This document shows positions 60,947 to 64,000 of a DNA stretch of 64,000 bases, piece by piece. The notes beneath the pieces are model-generated. The model did no database searches, had not been told where the DNA came from, and saw only the letters and a list, made by a program, of their open reading frames with translations. The stretch's first letter is position 1, and each line of letters begins with the position of its first letter. This stretch comes from Basidiobolus meristosporus CBS 931.73 (Eukaryota > Fungi > Basidiobolomycota): assembly GCA_002104905.1 (NCBI GenBank), contig MCFE01000185.1, positions 74,348 to 138,347 on the forward strand, written 5' to 3'. Made by a program: the position numbers and the translations under genes.

Positions 60947-63172
60947 GGGTAGGGGAGGAGACAGTCACCAACAGGTGAAATCTTTATTTCAGTTGAAACA
61001 AAGAAGCCAGCGCTACTGTTGTAGCTTTGATACAAGAGTGTGTAGCTGAGGGGAATTTGTAGGTAAGTTAATAAGAAGTGATGATAGTTCTTCAGTGCTC
61101 AAGACACTGTTGAGTGGGAAGGGGGGTAGCAAGAGAGGTAAGAATGACTTGTGAACAACATTAATGAGGGGAATGTGATAAGGATTGATATTCATCATAA
61201 AGGGAGTGTGCTGCTGCAGATATTGCTGCCAAAGGTCTGTCAAGTACTTCAGGTAGGCCAGCTTGGGTTTTTCTGACTGCAGAATAAATTCAGCAAACTT
61301 CTTGACTTCAGGATCTCCAAGTATAGTTCTCCAGCAGGAGCCAGGTGTTGTGTGGTGTGTTCTCTTCCAGGCCTTAATCAGTGGGTTGTTGCAGTTGTGA
61401 AGTCTGAGGTATAATCTGGTTCTAAGGTAGAGAAGTCTGATCTTATAGGGCATAAACCCAAAAGCACCAAGAATAGCATGTCTGTAGGGGCATTCAGGCA
61501 AATGAGGCACCAAGGAGGTAATGCACCATACTGCAAACTTGTCAAGCTTAGTGCAGTCTCTAGAAGTAAGAGAGAGAGGTGGTAAGCCAAATTCCAGGAC
61601 AGGGAAGACAAACTGCTTGAGTAGAAGGAGGCAGCTGGGACCTGAAGTTGTAGGAGGAGTAACAGCCAGTAGCTTGTGGAGTGCCTGTCTTGCCAGAATA
61701 ATTCTCTTCTTCAGGTGTGCTCCAGAGTCTAGTCCAGTAGGAAGGAAAGGAAAGCCAAGATATGTAGCAGAAACCTGAGCAGGTAGAGTGGAGTTCTCCA
61801 AGTTGATGGGAGAGCCCAAAGGTACTGTCTTTGCAATGGAAAGCTGGAGATTATTCTTCTGCAGATACTGATGGATGGTCTGGGAGTCTTGTTGCACATT
61901 GGAGGAGGATATTCTGATGTCATCAGCAAAGAGAGTAACCAGGCAGTCAGCTGAGAGTCTTGGGAAATCATTCAGGAAGATGGCAAACAGTATAGGACCA
62001 AGCACAGAGCCTTGAACCACTCCATTAGGAACTGAGAACACAGCTGATTGCTCACTTGGGTGCAGAATTCTTGCTTGTGGATCCAGAAACAGAGACCTGA
62101 CAAGGAGGGTGAGAGAGATACTGGAGAAGCATTGCAACTTGGACCAAAGCAGATTTCTGTCAACTGAATCAAAGGCCTTAGTAATATCAAACAGAACTGA
62201 GGGATACTTGCACTGGAGAGAGTGATCTTGGCTAAGTATGACTGCATATTCCAAGGAGAGGCCAGGAACAAAGCCAAACTGTACAGGATGAAACTTGAGG
62301 GAGTCAGAGTAGAGCTCCTGAGCAAGCAGAAGCTCAAACACCTTTCTGCAGGTGGGCAGCAGAGATATTGGCCTGTAGGAGCTAGGATCCAGGTGCTTTC
62401 CTTTACCCTTGTACAGTGGCAGAACTTTTGCAAAGGACCATTCCTCAGGAGTAGAAAGCTGGGCTGAGCATTGCTGAAACAGTGGAAGCAGAAGTGCAGA
62501 CATGGCCTTGGTACTAGTCTTCAGAAGCTCATAGGAGATTGTGTCCACACCTGGAGCCGTAGAGTTGGGAAGCCTCTTGAGCACATTATGGATTCTCCTT
62601 TGATCAATTGCAAGTGGGATGGCCAGAGTCTTGAAGTCAGGATGAAAGCCAGGAGTTGAGTACTGCTTTGTAGAGAAGAAGATGTTAGCCAGCTGTTCTG
62701 TTGAAGGTAACTTCCTGGAAGAGGGCCTCATTGCCCTGTAGAGTCTTGATACTGTTCTTGTTATAGAGTTGGAAGATTGCAGAGGCAAGGAACTCATAAT
62801 ATGATCCCAGAGCTGAGTATGCAGAGTGTGGTGAATTGCCTTGGAGTGGTGTATTGCTGTCAGGAGGAGTTTCTCTGTTTTTGGGTTAGGGAAACTCATG
62901 TAGCTTTGTTGCAGGGCTGAAACAATGGATTCCCATTTTCTTGAGGTAACAGCAGTAGTCTTGCATGGCAGTGACAGGGAGGCAGACACCAGAATCAGAT
63001 GCTTCACAAAGAGCCAGGCATAGTTGAGATCATCAGGCAGAGAAAGTAGCAAACTGGCAAGCTTCAAGTAGTTCCCAAAGTCTTTCTTCTGATTCTTGGT
63101 AGCTTTGTGGGTGAGCACAGTAAGTTTTGGCAGCTTCTTCTTCACAACTGTTGCATAGAAAGTGACCAGGCT
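60947..63172 (-). mobile_element. TEL-A2: ~2.2-kb 5'-truncated TEL-A retaining an open RT frame but no endonuclease
   Basis: The ORF matches TEL-A1 ORF2 from VVKKKLP onward with about 14 substitutions. Homology ends at 63172, just short of the SDH motif. Confidence 0.93.
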
Positions 63173-63206
63173 TAGGGTGTAGGTGTTATAGTAAGGGCTA
63201 GAAAAA

Positions 63207-63381
63207 GGGTTAGGGTTAGGGGGGAGGAAAGTCACCAAGTGGTGAAATCTTTATTTACTTATGACAAGTATCTAAAGAAGCCAAGTTAATCTGAAGTAAT
63301 TCCTAGAAAGCTAGGTCTGAGAGATATCTTCCTGGTAAGCCAGGTCTGAGAGTTGAGAAGCTGAGTGGTACTATATTTCCT
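63207..63381 (-). mobile_element. TEL-B2: 5'-truncated TEL-B (~175 bp)
   Basis: Matches 59218-59386 up to TATATTTCCT, then GGGTTAGGG. Confidence 0.9.
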
Positions 63382-63766
63382 GGGTTAGGGTTAGGGGGGA
63401 GACAGTCACCAACAGGTGAAATCTTTATTTCAGTTGAAACAAAGAAGCCAGCGCTACTGTTGTAGCTTTGATACAAGAGTGTGTAGCTGAGGGGAATTTG
63501 TATGTAAGTTAATAAGAAGTGATGATAGTTCTTCAGTGCTCAAGACACTGTTCAGTGGGAAGGGGGGTAGCAAGAGAGGTAAGAATGACTTGTGAACAAC
63601 ATTAATGAGGGGAATGTGATAAGGATTGATATTCATCATAAAGGGAGTGTGCTGCTGCAGATATTGCTGCCAAAGGTCTGTCAAGTACTTCAGGTAGGCC
63701 AGCTTGGGTTTTTCTGACTGCAGAATAAATTCAGCAAACTTCTTGACTTCAGGATCTCCAAGTATA
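63382..63766 (-). mobile_element. TEL-A4: ~385-bp 5'-truncated TEL-A, capped directly by the telomere
   Basis: Matches the TEL-A 3' end up to CCAAGTATAG, then TTAGGG repeats begin. Confidence 0.92.
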
Positions 63767-64000
63767 GGGTTAGGGTTAGGGTTAGGGTTAGGGTTAGGGT
63801 TAGGGTTAGGGTTAGGGTTAGGGTTAGGGTTAGGGTTAGGGTTAGGGTTAGGGTTAGGGTTAGGGTTAGGGTTAGGGTTAGGGTTAGGGTTAGGGTTAGG
63901 GTTAGGGTTAGGGTTAGGGTTAGGGTTAGGGTTAGGGTTAGGGTTAGGGTTAGGGTTAGGGTTAGGGTTAGGGTTAGGGTTAGGGTTAGGGTTAGGGTTA
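63765..64000 (+). repeat. Telomere, (TTAGGG)n
   Basis: 38 perfect TTAGGG from 63770 to 63997 plus TTA at the window end; G-rich strand runs toward the end. Confidence 0.98.

Noticed and set aside
59199-63238. ORF-track starts at TTG inside the upstream unit (MVTFLPPNP..., MVTVSPP...) for 58338..59243, 59854..60660, 60702..60971 and 61013..63238
   Set aside because: These N-termini are translations of the neighbouring 3' tail and telomeric junction (TTG GTG ACT...CCC CCT AAC CC), not real starts.

Overview
This window is the right-hand end of a fungal chromosome. Short (~60 nt) GT-AG introns, a TTAGGG telomere and genes such as a phosphorylase-kinase alpha/beta subunit and a macoilin-like protein suggest an early-diverging fungus (inference). 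There are three zones. (1) ~1-26 kb: a CpG-depleted transposon graveyard with CACTA-like, Ty3/gypsy, PIF/Harbinger and Ty1/copia relics, a foldback/MITE family and a dispersed ~280-bp repeat. A small CpG-rich island at ~13.9-17.3 kb carries small secreted proteins. (2) ~26-54.7 kb: a CpG-rich island of ordinary genes (Pho80-like cyclin, DUF1647-like pseudogene, PHK alpha/beta with ILEI insert, ENA Na+-ATPase, ATP11, FAD monooxygenase, macoilin-like FN3 protein). (3) 55.26-64 kb, the main result: a head-to-tail array of seven telomere-specific non-LTR retroelement units of three types, followed by 38 perfect TTAGGG repeats. My working labels are TEL-A (ORF1 + APE-endonuclease/RT), TEL-B (non-coding, structured) and TEL-C (ORF1 only). 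All units point 5' end toward the chromosome tip, lack poly(A) and are joined by only 1-3 telomeric repeats. All share a ~60-nt 3' tail: UGGCUUCUUU...AAAU(A/G)AAGAUUUCACC-N4-GGUGA...oligo-C-UAACCC. TEL-A ORF2 has no AUG before its endonuclease domain and follows ORF1 in frame across a single UGA-CUA, a classic readthrough context. This looks like a HeT-A/TART- or MoTeR-like telomere-elongating retrotransposon system built on an APE-type LINE. All alignments and counts were made by eye; no searches were run.
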